Shown: piece by piece, positions 63,822-64,000 of the stretch | How the letters are laid out: each line of letters opens with the position of its first letter | How positions within the stretch are numbered: position 1 is the stretch's first letter | Assembly: GCA_026395175.1 (NCBI GenBank) | Contig: JAPLZF010000019.1 | Span: 3,115-67,114, forward strand | Direction of reading: 5' to 3' | Length of the DNA stretch: 64,000 bases | DNA from: Candidatus Staskawiczbacteria bacterium | GTDB lineage: Bacteria > Patescibacteriota > Minisyncoccia > Minisyncoccales > Staskawiczbacteraceae | The notes under the pieces: model-generated | Told to the model about the DNA's origin: nothing | What the model saw: only the letters and a program-made list of their open reading frames with translations | Databases searched by the model: none | Position numbers and translations under genes: made by a program

Positions 63822-64000
63822 ATGCAGAATCCAAGCCCAGAGCATCAAAAATTAGTAGCGGCGCTTATTGAACATTTCAAATCTAAACTTGGATATGTTA
63901 TTTTAAGTGCTTCTCACAGCGGATATAATGATCCAGAAAAACACGGCAGGCATGAACCAGATATAGTAGCTAAGGATTCCAGGGGAGTTCTTCATTTAGC
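63822..64000 (+). CDS. Hypothetical protein, 5' partial at window end
   Basis: hand translation MQNPSPEHQKLVAALIEHFKSKLGYVILSASHSGYNDPEKHGRHEPDIVAKDSRGVLHL; open to the window edge; EPDIVAKD could be a PD-(D/E)xK-like motif. Confidence 0.35.
   Translation, partial: MQNPSPEHQKLVAALIEHFKSKLGYVILSASHSGYNDPEKHGRHEPDIVAKDSRGVLHL

Overview
AT-rich bacterial chromosome fragment. Gene content and style suggest a Candidate Phyla Radiation (Patescibacteria-like) organism: small genes, many lineage-specific inserts, no biosynthetic genes; this is an inference, no search was run. Conserved genes are full length under the standard code, and TAG is a real stop (for example rpoB and the 4230..4772 gene).

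Main blocks:
- Housekeeping genes: recA, ftsK, rpoB and rpoC (separated by an inserted ORF), a SEDS-family gene, ligA, recG, tsaD, valS, gyrA, rpsA, ftsH, rplS and two pseudouridine synthases.
- A roughly 13.5 kb minus-strand type IV pilus / competence-like supercluster (16.5-30.1 kb): pilM-N-O, pilB, pilT, pilC, four major-pilin paralogs, pilD and four minor pilins. An AbiEii-type module is inserted in it, and a divergent comF lies beside it.
- Five tandem small VirB2/TrbC-like (T4SS-pilin-like) genes (45.3-47.2 kb).
- Eleven tRNA genes.
- Accessory loci: an N6-adenine methyltransferase island between two tRNA-Ser genes, a HepT/MntA pair, a RAYT/IS200-like transposase with its own palindromic repeats, and several visibly GC-rich, probably acquired genes (3.6-4.1, 4.9-5.3, 52.3-53.3 and 55.6-57.0 kb).

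Observations most worth follow-up:
1. A 29-bp GC-rich palindrome brackets the RAYT gene and also sits in frame inside ligA, recG, tsaD and the RAYT gene itself.
2. Three paralogous HTH plus LAGLIDADG-like genes each abut or overlap the 5' end of a tRNA gene.
3. A GC-rich 468-aa orphan gene with its own promoter and terminator lies next to a NYN-domain gene.
4. An exact TTATCCACA (DnaA-box consensus) 9-mer sits just upstream of the promoters of pilus-related transcription units.
5. A roughly 50-nt two-hairpin leader element shows compensatory changes and is shared by a type IV pilin gene and a T4SS-pilin-like gene.

All coordinates derived by hand may be off by 1-2 nt.
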